A stretch of DNA of 64,000 nt. Source: Candidatus Latescibacterota bacterium (GTDB lineage: Bacteria; Latescibacterota; UBA2968; UBA8231). A model generated the notes under the pieces. That model was not told the DNA's origin, did not search any database, and saw only the letters and a list, made by a program, of their open reading frames with translations. Positions 17,405 to 26,951 of this stretch are shown in pieces. How positions within the stretch are numbered: the first letter of the stretch is position 1; the number at the start of each line of letters is the position of its first letter. The position numbers and the translations under genes were made by a program. The DNA lies in contig OZ241867.1 of assembly GCA_965203175.1 (NCBI GenBank), positions 1,120,001-1,184,000 of the forward strand, in the 5' to 3' direction.

Positions 17405-18715
17405 TCATGGCACCAGCCGCCGGCACTCCAAGTAGTAGCGCTTCTCCGCAGCCTCGCCCAGCGAAAACGTCTTGCGCGGCGCAGCCCCGTCTATGACGAT
17501 CGTCTTGAACAAATCGCGCTTGTCCATGGTCGGCAGGAAAAAGCCAATGCTGTCCGGCTCCGCAGCCAGTTGCTCTAGCACGTCCTCGCCGTGGATATAG
17601 TCGAGACGAGCGCGGGGATGCGCGTCGAGATAGCGGTCCAAAAAGGCTTGTAAGGACGCTACTTCGAGCTGGAAGCTAGGCTCGGCGATGCTCAACAAGC
17701 CGCGTACGGTTCCGCTTATATAGGGAATGTGGTGCCCCGAACCGACGGTGGCTTCGCGACAGGCAGCCTCCCACCCGTCCCGATCAGTAAAGGTCCGACG
17801 ACTGAATCCACTCCCTGTACAATGCGCCTCCATCGCCCGCAAGAGATCGGCCTCATCTACGCCAAAAACCACCCGGTGGATTGGCGCAAACTCCAGCCCC
17901 TTGTCGTGGACATTGACTAGTTCGGCCAAGGCGTAGCGCGCCGGGTGATTCATTATCTGGCGTTCGTCCTCTGCTTCTGCCTTGAGTCGCTCCCAGACGG
18001 CGCGCGCCGTGGCGAAAGAGTGGTTGCCGTCGCCCATCGCGTAGATCAGCGGCGGCTCGCCGCACGCAAGGCGGGCAATATGCCCGGCGATTTCGTCAAT
18101 CAGCACTCCGTCGTCGAGGTGCCAGCCTCTAAGCCTGCCACCTCCCAGCATCAGCTCGAAATCGTAGGCTAGTTTCAGGTCTTTTTCACCAAGCGACTCA
18201 ATCACCGTCTGCTGCGGATCGTCGATCAGCACCATGATGTGCGGGATTTCCAGCGACGCCTGCTCCCGCACTTGGATCCTCGGGGGCAGCCGACTCTGAT
18301 CCGTGCCCTCGGTCGTGCGGATTAGCTTCTGCGCTCCGTCCCGATAGTCGTACTGTTCCAAATCCAAGGCGACGACCAGCCCCTTGCGCGGCACAGCGCG
18401 CCCTACCTCCCGCTCTATCAGCATAAACCCAGGCCGCTGTTTCGCCAGTACGCCGCTTTTGAGATACGCCTGCATCCGCTGGTTAATGCCAGCAATGGTC
18501 TGTTCGCGGCAAGTCTCCCCTAAGTATGCCTCGGGAAAAACCAGATGTAGCGTCGAAGGATCGTTCCCGACAAGCCGCCGCACTTGCTCCCAGTACTCGG
18601 GCTGTGAAGTGTACTGGTCACAGGCAATGACCGACCACGTTCCGAGGGAAATGCCCGCCCTCGGCAAGAGCAGGGACGGCACGTGCAGGGCGATCTCGGG
18701 ATAGTGTAGCTGCAT
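17405..18715 (-). CDS. DUF1015 family protein
   Basis: WSVIACDQYTSQPEYW, TEGT, YAMGDGNHSFATA, PRKTFS. Confidence 0.88.
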   Translation of the reverse strand: MQLHYPEIALHVPSLLLPRAGISLGTWSVIACDQYTSQPEYWEQVRRLVGNDPSTLHLVFPEAYLGETCREQTIAGINQRMQAYLKSGVLAKQRPGFMLIEREVGRAVPRKGLVVALDLEQYDYRDGAQKLIRTTEGTDQSRLPPRIQVREQASLEIPHIMVLIDDPQQTVIESLGEKDLKLAYDFELMLGGGRLRGWHLDDGVLIDEIAGHIARLACGEPPLIYAMGDGNHSFATARAVWERLKAEAEDERQIMNHPARYALAELVNVHDKGLEFAPIHRVVFGVDEADLLRAMEAHCTGSGFSRRTFTDRDGWEAACREATVGSGHHIPYISGTVRGLLSIAEPSFQLEVASLQAFLDRYLDAHPRARLDYIHGEDVLEQLAAEPDSIGFFLPTMDKRDLFKTIVIDGAAPRKTFSLGEAAEKRYYLECRRLVP

Positions 18716-18722
18716 GGGCCGA

Positions 18723-19550
18723 TTAACCGAGCAACGGTCTGACCCAAGTCGGAAAAATCGGGAATATCTCCTCGGGCTCCGCTAGTTCGGCGTGCCAGCG
18801 CTTCTCGTGCTCAAACATGAGCCAGCCGTCGTACCCGTGCCCCTTGAGCAGGGCTATCGCCTCCTCTAAGGGCAACTGGCCCGCGCCCGGCGGCACGTAG
18901 CGCCAACCGTCCCTCATCGCCTCGGCGTGCTCGGGATCGTAGACGGCGTCTTTGACGTGGGTATAACCGATGCGCGGCCCCACGGCCTGATAGGTCTGCT
19001 CCGGCGACTCCTCGCCCACCCGCGCCGTATGGCCCATGTCCCAGAGCACGCCGAACGCCTCGTTGGGAATGCGGTCGAGCAGCAGCTTGCACTCCACCGA
19101 CTTGATCCACTCGTCGTGGGTCTCAAAAAGCCACCTGAGCTCGCAGGCTCCATCCAATGCGAGGATCTGTTCCATCGTCTCCCGCCCAATGTCAGCTAGC
19201 TGTTCCTTGGAATAGGTCTTAGAATCGCCGCCGCCAAAAACCCGGATGGAGCCGCAGCCCAACGCATTGGCCACTGGGATCGAGCGCCGCGCCTCCTCTA
19301 CGTTCTCCTCTAACTTCTCCGGTACGCAAACTCGGATGCTGGAGCTAATTCCCGACACCTCCATGCCGGCGTCTGCTAGCTGTCGTCGGGTCTGGGCGAC
19401 TCCACTGGTGAAGGCCGGTAACAGGGTAATGTCCATCGTCTCCTGCAACCCGCGGAAATCGACGCCTTCGTAGCCGTATTCGCGGCCCCGGCGGCAAATG
19501 GTATCCAAGTCCCAGTCTGGACAGCCCAACGTCGTAAAACTGATTTTCAT
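18723..19550 (-). CDS. Sugar phosphate isomerase/epimerase
   Basis: FTTLGCPDW, IRVFGG, ETHD, LWD.GH, HVKD, EHEKRWH. Confidence 0.88.
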   Translation of the reverse strand: MKISFTTLGCPDWDLDTICRRGREYGYEGVDFRGLQETMDITLLPAFTSGVAQTRRQLADAGMEVSGISSSIRVCVPEKLEENVEEARRSIPVANALGCGSIRVFGGGDSKTYSKEQLADIGRETMEQILALDGACELRWLFETHDEWIKSVECKLLLDRIPNEAFGVLWDMGHTARVGEESPEQTYQAVGPRIGYTHVKDAVYDPEHAEAMRDGWRYVPPGAGQLPLEEAIALLKGHGYDGWLMFEHEKRWHAELAEPEEIFPIFPTWVRPLLG

Positions 19551-20272
19551 GGCATCTCTCCGTATCCGTTTTCGTCCATGGCATCCCTAAAAAAGTCAAA
19601 CATGTGCTGCTCTTGGTCCGTTTTCCACCGCCCAATCGACTCCGGCCGTACCACGATCCGGCCCAACTCAAACCCCAAAAATGCCTCCAGTTCCCGCAAC
19701 ACCTCTTCCTGCTTCAGCACGAAATCCTCGAACCGCACCAACATCCACTTCTTTGGTTTGGGCGTGGCCTTCATCAGCTCGTATTGGTATTTCCACGAAA
19801 TGGCCCGCCGCCTCCGAATATCGTCCGTGCGCTCGTACTCGACGCCGAAATCCGCTAGGTCATCGGTCTTGTGAGCGCCGATGATGCTGTCGCGCGGGTC
19901 GCGGATCCAGTGAATGTAGTGGATGTCGGGAAACATCCGCACAATCCACGGATAAATCAACGTCGTCTCCGGCAGCTTCCAACCCTTGTGCTCCGAGCGG
20001 TCGGCCGCAACGTCTCGCAGATATTCGCCGATCAAGTCCTCGAATTCCGGGTCGATTTTTGCGCCGTGCAAATCGTCGAAATCCCACTCCAAACCGCCCT
20101 TCCACTTGACGTATTTGGCCATGACCCGACAGGCGTCGTAGAGCGCGTGGGGCGGCACCTTGTCGCCCGAGCGATTGAGCGTGCTGCCCATAAAAACGCC
20201 GCTGGCATAGAGCGTGTGTGCTATGGCGCGCGTGCCCGAGTGGCCGCGGCCAATGACGGTGATTGTCGCCAT
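19547..20272 (-). CDS. Sulfotransferase family protein
   Basis: GRGHSGTR (5'-PSB), GWKLP, IRDPRD (3'-PB), VRFED. Confidence 0.85.
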   Translation of the reverse strand: MATITVIGRGHSGTRAIAHTLYASGVFMGSTLNRSGDKVPPHALYDACRVMAKYVKWKGGLEWDFDDLHGAKIDPEFEDLIGEYLRDVAADRSEHKGWKLPETTLIYPWIVRMFPDIHYIHWIRDPRDSIIGAHKTDDLADFGVEYERTDDIRRRRAISWKYQYELMKATPKPKKWMLVRFEDFVLKQEEVLRELEAFLGFELGRIVVRPESIGRWKTDQEQHMFDFFRDAMDENGYGEMP

Positions 20273-20322
20273 ACCTGTTCCTCTGAGTAGGAAATAAATT
20301 GTTGGCCTCAAGGGGCACAACA

Positions 20323-20382
20323 GGATAAATTACCTTGTAATAATACATTTTAAGTGGATAAATTGCCTTGTAATAATACATT
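20323..20382. repeat. 27-bp direct repeat x2 (33-bp period) upstream of ATPase
   Basis: GGATAAATT(A/G)CCTTGTAATAATACATT at 20323 and 20356. Confidence 0.85.
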
Positions 20383-21697
20383 GAACCGCCTAATCGACAA
20401 CAAGCTCAGCACTTGGAAAAACCGCCCGCGACGCAAGCCGCTCATCGTGCGCGGGGCGCGTCAAGTGGGAAAAACGCATTCTATCTGTGCCTTTGGCAAG
20501 CGCGAATTCGTCCGTACAGCCGTCTTTGATTTCGAGATGGACCGAAACCTGCATCGCATCTTCGCCGAGGACCTCCGCGCCGAAGCAGTGCTGATGCAAC
20601 TGGAGGCCGAGGCGGGCATGCGGATCCTTCCCGGCGAGACGCTGTTGTTTTTTGACGAGATCCAAGCCTGTCCCCGAGCACTTATGGCCCTGCGCTACCT
20701 CTACGAGCAAATGCCAGAACTGCACGTGGTAGCGGCTGGTTCACTGCTGGAATTTGCTCTAGAGGCAATCTCTTTTCCAGTCGGCCGCGTCGAGTTTGAA
20801 TGGATGCGGCCCATGTCTTTTGCCGAGTTTCTCATGGCGCAAGGCGAGGAGATTCTGTGTGCGCATCTGCCCGCGCTGGACGCTCGCTCGCCCGTGCCAA
20901 CGGCTATCCACGAGAAATTGCTCGGTTATCTGCGCCTGTACTTCGCGGTCGGAGGTATGCCCGAAGCGGTGCGTGCCTTCGCCGAGACGCGCTCAGTGGC
21001 CGCAGCGGCCGAGGTGCATCGGGCGCTCTGTGGTGCCTATACCCAAGACTTCGCCAAGTACAGCCCGCGCTTGGACCGGGATTGCTTGGACCGAATTTTC
21101 GCCGAACTGCCCGGTCGCGTCGGCCAACAAACCAAGTACCAAGCCCTTTATCCCGAAAAGCGCATTGAGACGATCAAGCGCTGCCTACAGGTGCTCGAAC
21201 AGGCTTCTGTCATCCAGAAGGTACGCGCAACAGCGGCATCGGGGTGCCCCCTTGGTGCAGGCGTCGCGGACAAAGTGTTCAAGTACCTCTTTCTCGACAT
21301 CGGTATGGCACAACACCTCTGCGGCGCAGCGCCTAGGGAGATATTGCAAGAAAGGGACTTGCTCAAAACGTGGCGCGGGGCACTGGCCGAACAGTTCGTC
21401 GGCCAAGAATTGCTGGCGCAGCGCGGCGGCTCGGAGAATGGCCGACTTTACTATTGGGCGCGAACAAAAAAGAGCAGCAGCGCAGAAGTGGATTACGTAT
21501 TGGTAGATGATAGCGGAAAAATAGTGCCATTGGAAGTCAAGAGTGGGCCAGCGGGCCGCTTGCGAAGTATGCACCTCTTTCTACAGGAACACGAAAGCGC
21601 CGATATCGGTTTGGTGTTTTCAACGGCCAATGTATCGGTCCTTCCCGAACAAAAGCTCGTTTTTTTACCTCTCTATGCGCTCTTTGGCCATAGCTAA
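20381..21697 (+). CDS. AAA_14 ATPase with DUF4143 (PD-(D/E)xK-like) C-terminus
   Basis: GARQVGKT, FFDEIQ, AGSLL, GGMPE, EVDYV…PLEVKSG; start uncertain (20354 GTG or 20381 TTG). Confidence 0.9.
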   Translation: MNRLIDNKLSTWKNRPRRKPLIVRGARQVGKTHSICAFGKREFVRTAVFDFEMDRNLHRIFAEDLRAEAVLMQLEAEAGMRILPGETLLFFDEIQACPRALMALRYLYEQMPELHVVAAGSLLEFALEAISFPVGRVEFEWMRPMSFAEFLMAQGEEILCAHLPALDARSPVPTAIHEKLLGYLRLYFAVGGMPEAVRAFAETRSVAAAAEVHRALCGAYTQDFAKYSPRLDRDCLDRIFAELPGRVGQQTKYQALYPEKRIETIKRCLQVLEQASVIQKVRATAASGCPLGAGVADKVFKYLFLDIGMAQHLCGAAPREILQERDLLKTWRGALAEQFVGQELLAQRGGSENGRLYYWARTKKSSSAEVDYVLVDDSGKIVPLEVKSGPAGRLRSMHLFLQEHESADIGLVFSTANVSVLPEQKLVFLPLYALFGHS

Positions 21698-21780
21698 GCC
21701 TTGCTGAGGGAAGTGCTATGACAAAAGCCGATCAAGACAAAGGCTTGTCGTACTAGCGGTTTCTCGCAAATACGGCCTCG

Positions 21781-22998
21781 TCAATAGTAAAAACTCATCT
21801 GCACCAACCCACTCTTCGCCCCTCCACCGTACTCGCTTCGCAAGACCGCTCCGCTCGGCCGCTCCCCATAGGGCCAGTACGCGCTAGCCGCTAGCGTCAG
21901 CGCGTCGGAGAAAATCCACGTCACCACGCCCGTTAGCACCCCGGAGCCATCTATTGGCGAGAAGAGCCAACCCAGCGTCCTCGGCACGGTGCCGGTGATT
22001 CCCTGCGATAGCTGCACGGCTCCGGCGTGCCGCCCCAAAATCTGCGCGTCTCCTTGGATCAGCCGCGCCCAGTAAGGAGCCGCAGCTAGCTCGGCAATGT
22101 CGCTGACGCCAAAGCCCGAGAAGTGATATTCGCCCACGAGCAATAAGCCGCCCTGAGTGTCCCACGCGTACGAACCGCCCAAAAGCGCCTTGAGGACCAC
22201 CTCACCCCCTTCTGTAGCGGGCGTCTTGAACGACGCCAGTTCGCCGTGCGTCTCAGCGCCCCTGATCCGCATGGATGCGGCTGTGCCGACAAAGCGGTCG
22301 CCGCGGCGACGCCCCAGCAGCAATTCTCCGTCGAGCGCGCCACTGTGGCCGTAGAACCGCCCGACAAAGGCCGATTCGTCAACCGACTCGCCGCAGGCTG
22401 CTACCGCGTCCAGCGAAAAGCGATCCGCAAGCGGCACGGAAACGCGCAGCGCGTCCACGCCGCGCCGCCATTCGCGATCGCTTTCTAAGGGATTGAACGG
22501 CGCGAAAATATCCACCGCGCCAAAGAGCACGCCGCGCCCCCACCCAATAGCTTGGCGGCCGATTTGCAGCTCGCCACGCCCCAAGCGCCAAGCGACAAAC
22601 GCGCGGTCTAGCTCGTGCCGATAGGCCGCGTTTTCACCTGTAGCCAGCGCATCATCGAGCTGTCTGAGCCGATACGATGCGCGGCTTTCCGGCACCAAGA
22701 TACCTTCGCCCCCACCAACGCCAGCACCCGTGGACACCGCCCACACCCGTTGCTCGTAGGCCAAGCGCACGTGCAGATCCGCCGCGGCTTGGCCCCGCAG
22801 CGCCAGCCGTCCTCTCCCGAGTGCGGCTGCGCTCCAGCGCTTGGGGTACAGCAGCGGCGCGTCGGGTGCGTGCGACGAGAGCGCGGTCCATTTCAGCGCA
22901 GCATCCAGCGCCCAGTAGCGACTCCCGTCAGCACTCGACCACAGGCTGACGCCAAACGCGGGCTGCGCCGCCAAGAGAACCGCTAGTGTCAGCCGCAT
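21781..22998 (-). CDS. Putative outer-membrane beta-barrel protein
   Basis: Signal peptide, LDRA, GRQAIGWG, C-terminal aromatic …QMSFYY. Confidence 0.7.
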   Translation of the reverse strand: MRLTLAVLLAAQPAFGVSLWSSADGSRYWALDAALKWTALSSHAPDAPLLYPKRWSAAALGRGRLALRGQAAADLHVRLAYEQRVWAVSTGAGVGGGEGILVPESRASYRLRQLDDALATGENAAYRHELDRAFVAWRLGRGELQIGRQAIGWGRGVLFGAVDIFAPFNPLESDREWRRGVDALRVSVPLADRFSLDAVAACGESVDESAFVGRFYGHSGALDGELLLGRRRGDRFVGTAASMRIRGAETHGELASFKTPATEGGEVVLKALLGGSYAWDTQGGLLLVGEYHFSGFGVSDIAELAAAPYWARLIQGDAQILGRHAGAVQLSQGITGTVPRTLGWLFSPIDGSGVLTGVVTWIFSDALTLAASAYWPYGERPSGAVLRSEYGGGAKSGLVQMSFYY

Positions 22999-23699
22999 GT
23001 ATCCTTGCGCTCGTCGCTCAGCACCTCGCCATCGCGCAAAGTAACCACCCGCGAGGCATACGAAACCACCAAGGGGTCGTGCGTCGAAAAGACAAAGGTC
23101 ATGCCCATCTCGTCGCGGAGCCGCCGCATCATCTCCAAGAGAGCCTGCGCGTTGTCGCTGTCGAGGTTGGCCGTCGGCTCGTCGGCGAGCACCAAGCCCG
23201 GCCGCGAGGCCACGGCCCGCGCCACAGCCACTCGCTGCTGCTGGCCGCCCGACATCTGGCTGGGCCGCCGGTTGGCTAGCTCGCCTAGCCCCAACTCAGC
23301 CAGCGTCTCCTCGGCTCGCGCCCGCCGCTTTTTGGGGTCCATGCCCTGCAACTCTAGCACGAACTCCACGTTCTCGCGCGCCGTCAACACCGGTACTAGA
23401 TTGTAGGCTTGGAACACAAAGCCCAAGGATCGGAGCCGCAGTTCGGCCCGCTCGCTGCGGCTTAGCGCCCCCAAGTCGCGGTCAAAAAGAACAATGCGTC
23501 CGTCGGTAGGCACGTCGAGTGCGCCGATTAGATTGAGCAACGTCGTCTTGCCGCTGCCGCTCGGCCCGACGATGGCCATGAACTCCCCGCTGCCGATTTC
23601 GAGGTCTATGCCGCGCAGGGCCTCCACGGCAATATCGCCCGTCCGAAAGACCTTTTTCACGCGTTGGGCCGCGATCAGAACTCCATCCATATCACGCAT
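22989..23699 (-). CDS. ABC transporter ATP-binding protein, LolD/MacB-like
   Basis: GPSGSGKT, MSGGQQQRVAVARA, ADEPTANLD, STHD. Confidence 0.93.
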   Translation of the reverse strand: MRDMDGVLIAAQRVKKVFRTGDIAVEALRGIDLEIGSGEFMAIVGPSGSGKTTLLNLIGALDVPTDGRIVLFDRDLGALSRSERAELRLRSLGFVFQAYNLVPVLTARENVEFVLELQGMDPKKRRARAEETLAELGLGELANRRPSQMSGGQQQRVAVARAVASRPGLVLADEPTANLDSDNAQALLEMMRRLRDEMGMTFVFSTHDPLVVSYASRVVTLRDGEVLSDERKDTCG

Positions 23700-24930
23700 C
23701 CCGCTGGCTCAAGGCCGCCGCTGGATCCAAGCGCGTGGCAGACCAAGCCGGATAAAGCGCGGCCAAAAGCGTCGCACAAAGCCCCAAGCCAAAGGCGTAG
23801 GGCAGCATCCACAGCCCCATGTCCGCGTAGATTATCGGGTCGAAGAAAACGCCCATGACCGTCATATCGTCGCCCATCATCGCGGAAAAATCAATCCCCG
23901 CGGTCGCCGTGTGCCAAACGAGCGGCAGCGCGAGCAACAGTCCCAAGAGCGCCCCGAGCACGCCCATGAACACGGCCTCGAAAAGCACCAAGCCCACGAG
24001 CTTGCGTTCTCCTAATCCCAGCGCCATCAGCACGGCAAATTCGCGCCTCCTTTCCAGCATAGCCGTCAGTTGGGCGCTCGTCACGCCCAAAATCACCACC
24101 GCAGCCACAACTACAATGAAAAAGTTGGAAAAGGCCCGGTCGGCCGCCGCATCGCCGCTCATCCCCGGCAGGACCTCGCGCCACGTGAGCACTTCGTCGC
24201 CCTGCACCCGCTGCGCCAGCTCGGCTGAGAGCGCGTCCACCTGTTGCGGGTCCGCAAAGGCCACTGACACCTCGGCCACGCCCTGCAGGCCCGTCAGCTT
24301 CTCGACATCGGCGAGCATCGCGTGGCAGATGGTCTCGTCAATCGTCCGACTGCCAGTAGACGCGATTCCGACGATCCGCAACATCGCGTACTCCATCTCC
24401 CCGTCGGCGCGCGTCAGCGTCAACAGCAAATCATCCCCCAACTCTACGTCCAAGCGCTCGGCGAGGGCCTTGCCGACGACCACTGCGCCCTCGTCCCCTG
24501 CTCGCAAATAACGCCCCTCGTCGATGATGCGCACCAGTCTGTTGAGCTGCGGCTCGGCGGCTGGATCCACGCCCAAAAGCTGGACGCCGGCCACCCGCGT
24601 GCCAAAGGCCAACAGGCCCTGCACCCGCACGTGGGCAGCCACTACGGCAACGCCTTCGAGGCCGCGCGCGGCTTCGAGCGCAGCCGCTGAGTCCTGCAAG
24701 CGCAACTCGTCGCGCCTGCTCTGCTCCCATCCTGCGGGCGCGATCCGCAGGTGGCCGTACCCGCTTTGGGAAACGGCCTGCACCCGCATGGTTTGACCGC
24801 CGCGCATAAAGGCCGTGGCAAACAGCGCAATGGCGCATCCCAGCCCCACGCCCAAGACGGACAGGCCCGTCCGGCGGCGACTGCGCCCCAACGAGCGCAA
24901 GGCGTATTGGATCGACAGGTTTCCGCTCAC
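23692..24930 (-). CDS. ABC permease, FtsX/LolC/E-like
   Basis: N-terminal TM, periplasmic domain, ERRREFAVLMALG. Confidence 0.9.
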   Translation of the reverse strand: MSGNLSIQYALRSLGRSRRRTGLSVLGVGLGCAIALFATAFMRGGQTMRVQAVSQSGYGHLRIAPAGWEQSRRDELRLQDSAAALEAARGLEGVAVVAAHVRVQGLLAFGTRVAGVQLLGVDPAAEPQLNRLVRIIDEGRYLRAGDEGAVVVGKALAERLDVELGDDLLLTLTRADGEMEYAMLRIVGIASTGSRTIDETICHAMLADVEKLTGLQGVAEVSVAFADPQQVDALSAELAQRVQGDEVLTWREVLPGMSGDAAADRAFSNFFIVVVAAVVILGVTSAQLTAMLERRREFAVLMALGLGERKLVGLVLFEAVFMGVLGALLGLLLALPLVWHTATAGIDFSAMMGDDMTVMGVFFDPIIYADMGLWMLPYAFGLGLCATLLAALYPAWSATRLDPAAALSQRDA

Positions 24931-26165
24931 GTCCGCATCGCCTCCACCGGCTCCAGCCGCGCCACGTGCAGCAGCGGCCAGACGCAGGCCGAGAGGGCCG
25001 TCACCAGCACGGCCGATACGCCAGCCAAAACGTCGCTCGCGCGCACTTCGGGATAGACCCGCGAGGCTATCTGCACGCCTTGGAAACCCATTTCAAAGGA
25101 CTCTTCGCCGCCCAACTCGGCGAGGTCAAAACCCGACCCAGCCGTCAATGCCGCAAAACACGCACCCAGCGCAGTTCCCAGCAACACCCCCAAGGCACCC
25201 AACAGCACGGCCTCGGTCGCCACCATCCGAAAGAGCCGGCCCGGATTCGCGCCCAGTGCCAGCAACATCCCCAACTCGCGGCGGCGCTCAAACGTGGACA
25301 TCATCATGGTGTTGGCAATGCCGGCTATGGACGCCAAGCAGACGATCCCCAAAACCACGAGCGAATACATGTCCATCATTTTGATCATCCCGGCCAACTG
25401 CGGTATAACCTCGTGCCAGCGCTTGATTTCCGTCCCTTGCAATACGGGCTGCGCGCCGAGCGAGTCTGCGGCTTGATCTATCTGCTCGGCCTCGTGCAAA
25501 CGGACGGCAATCTCGTGCGCTTCGTCATCCATTCTCAGGAGCGTCTGCGCGTCTTGTAGCCCGGCGACGATACCGGTGCTGTTGACCAGTTCAACCGGCG
25601 ATTCGACGACCGCTGCCACCTCGTATAGCGCGCTGGCAATAGAGCCGTCAATGTCTTGGCCCACCACGGCCAGTTCGACTCCGGTCTCAATGCCGTGCTG
25701 CCGCGCCAAACCCTTCCCCACCAACACTCGGCCGTCTCCCAAGAGGCTGGCCAGCTCTTCGCTGCCCAACAGGCCGTTCGCAACCCCTTCTAGTGCCGGA
25801 TCGGCACCGACGACTATCCCCACAAAACCTTCCTCTTCCAGCGCGGCCAATACCGGCGCGTAAATCCGCGGCACGGCCCGCGCCACTTGCGACTGCCCGC
25901 GAATCGCCGCCAGCATGGCCTCGACGTTGTTCAGCGTCTGATCGACGGCTCGCTCCTCGCGCCAGCCCGGCGCCACGATCTGCACGTGGCCCACCAACGG
26001 ACCGGTCACCGAATCGAAGTAGTGATCGGCATAGCCTCGCATGATCCCGGCCGTAGCCAAGAACGCAAACTGCCCCAGCCCTATCGCCGCTATCGCCAAG
26101 ACCGACCGCTTGCGGTTGCGGCCCAAGCCGCGCCAAGCTAGGCGCAGCGTGCTGTTTTCAGCCAT
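24927..26165 (-). CDS. ABC permease, FtsX/LolC/E-like
   Basis: LAWR.L.RN..RS, ERRRELGMLLALG, RLEPVEAMR. Confidence 0.9.
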   Translation of the reverse strand: MAENSTLRLAWRGLGRNRKRSVLAIAAIGLGQFAFLATAGIMRGYADHYFDSVTGPLVGHVQIVAPGWREERAVDQTLNNVEAMLAAIRGQSQVARAVPRIYAPVLAALEEEGFVGIVVGADPALEGVANGLLGSEELASLLGDGRVLVGKGLARQHGIETGVELAVVGQDIDGSIASALYEVAAVVESPVELVNSTGIVAGLQDAQTLLRMDDEAHEIAVRLHEAEQIDQAADSLGAQPVLQGTEIKRWHEVIPQLAGMIKMMDMYSLVVLGIVCLASIAGIANTMMMSTFERRRELGMLLALGANPGRLFRMVATEAVLLGALGVLLGTALGACFAALTAGSGFDLAELGGEESFEMGFQGVQIASRVYPEVRASDVLAGVSAVLVTALSACVWPLLHVARLEPVEAMRT

Positions 26166-26936
26166 TTAGCGCCTGCGCTCCAACTGCGCCAAGCTAAAGA
26201 GGCTCTCGTCCAGCTCGACGTCGAATTCCACGTGTAAATAAGTTAGCACCGTGCGCCGACCCTCCTCGCGCTCGGGCGAGATCACAATCCGGGTGGGGAT
26301 CAGCCGGCCCCCCATTTTTTTGATTTCGTCGAGCTGCATCGTGCGCGAGAGCCGTCCCTTGCGGTCGTAGTAGCGCACGAGTACGGGCAACTGTTCTGCG
26401 CGAGCAAAGACGACTTCCACCCGCTTCCACAAACCCGGCACCCCGGGCTTGGCCTCGGTATTCACCTGCCAGCCGGGCGGCTCCTCGCTCGGGCCGACCC
26501 CTGTAATCTCGTAGTCGTGGGCGTAGGACGACTCGCGCACCAAGTCGTCGTTGGTCAGGTCGCTGCCCATCCACGCGCCCATCATCAGCGCGGGAGGTAC
26601 GCGGATCGTGCGCGAGATTTTGGGCAGGTAGTTCCACAGATTGTTGCCGACCCGGAGCGTGGCCGTGCCGGCGTCGCGGGCGGGCGCGTCAATAACGACT
26701 AGCGCCTTGTCCTCGCCCTGACTCCAAGAGCGCATCTGCATCGTCCGCACCTTCTTCGGGCGCTCGATCTTAATCTCAATCCGCGCCGCCGTGCCCCCCG
26801 TAGAGCGGTACATCTCGTCGAACTGCTCCAATAGGGCTTGCGCCGCTAGCTCTGCGTCTTGCGCCGCACTTGGGGTCACGAAGAGCACCTGCAGTACGAG
26901 CAAAAGACCGACATTCGTTTTTCTACAGTTAGACAC
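26166..26936 (-). CDS. LolA-like outer membrane lipoprotein-sorting protein
   Basis: PARDAGTATL, LWNYLP, WMGSDLTNDDL, FS..L. Confidence 0.85.
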   Translation of the reverse strand: MSNCRKTNVGLLLVLQVLFVTPSAAQDAELAAQALLEQFDEMYRSTGGTAARIEIKIERPKKVRTMQMRSWSQGEDKALVVIDAPARDAGTATLRVGNNLWNYLPKISRTIRVPPALMMGAWMGSDLTNDDLVRESSYAHDYEITGVGPSEEPPGWQVNTEAKPGVPGLWKRVEVVFARAEQLPVLVRYYDRKGRLSRTMQLDEIKKMGGRLIPTRIVISPEREEGRRTVLTYLHVEFDVELDESLFSLAQLERRR

Positions 26937-26951
26937 ACAAAACTCCTTAGA

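Noticed and set aside
20323-20382. Mini CRISPR array
   Set aside because: Only two repeats with a 6-nt gap; fits an operator better
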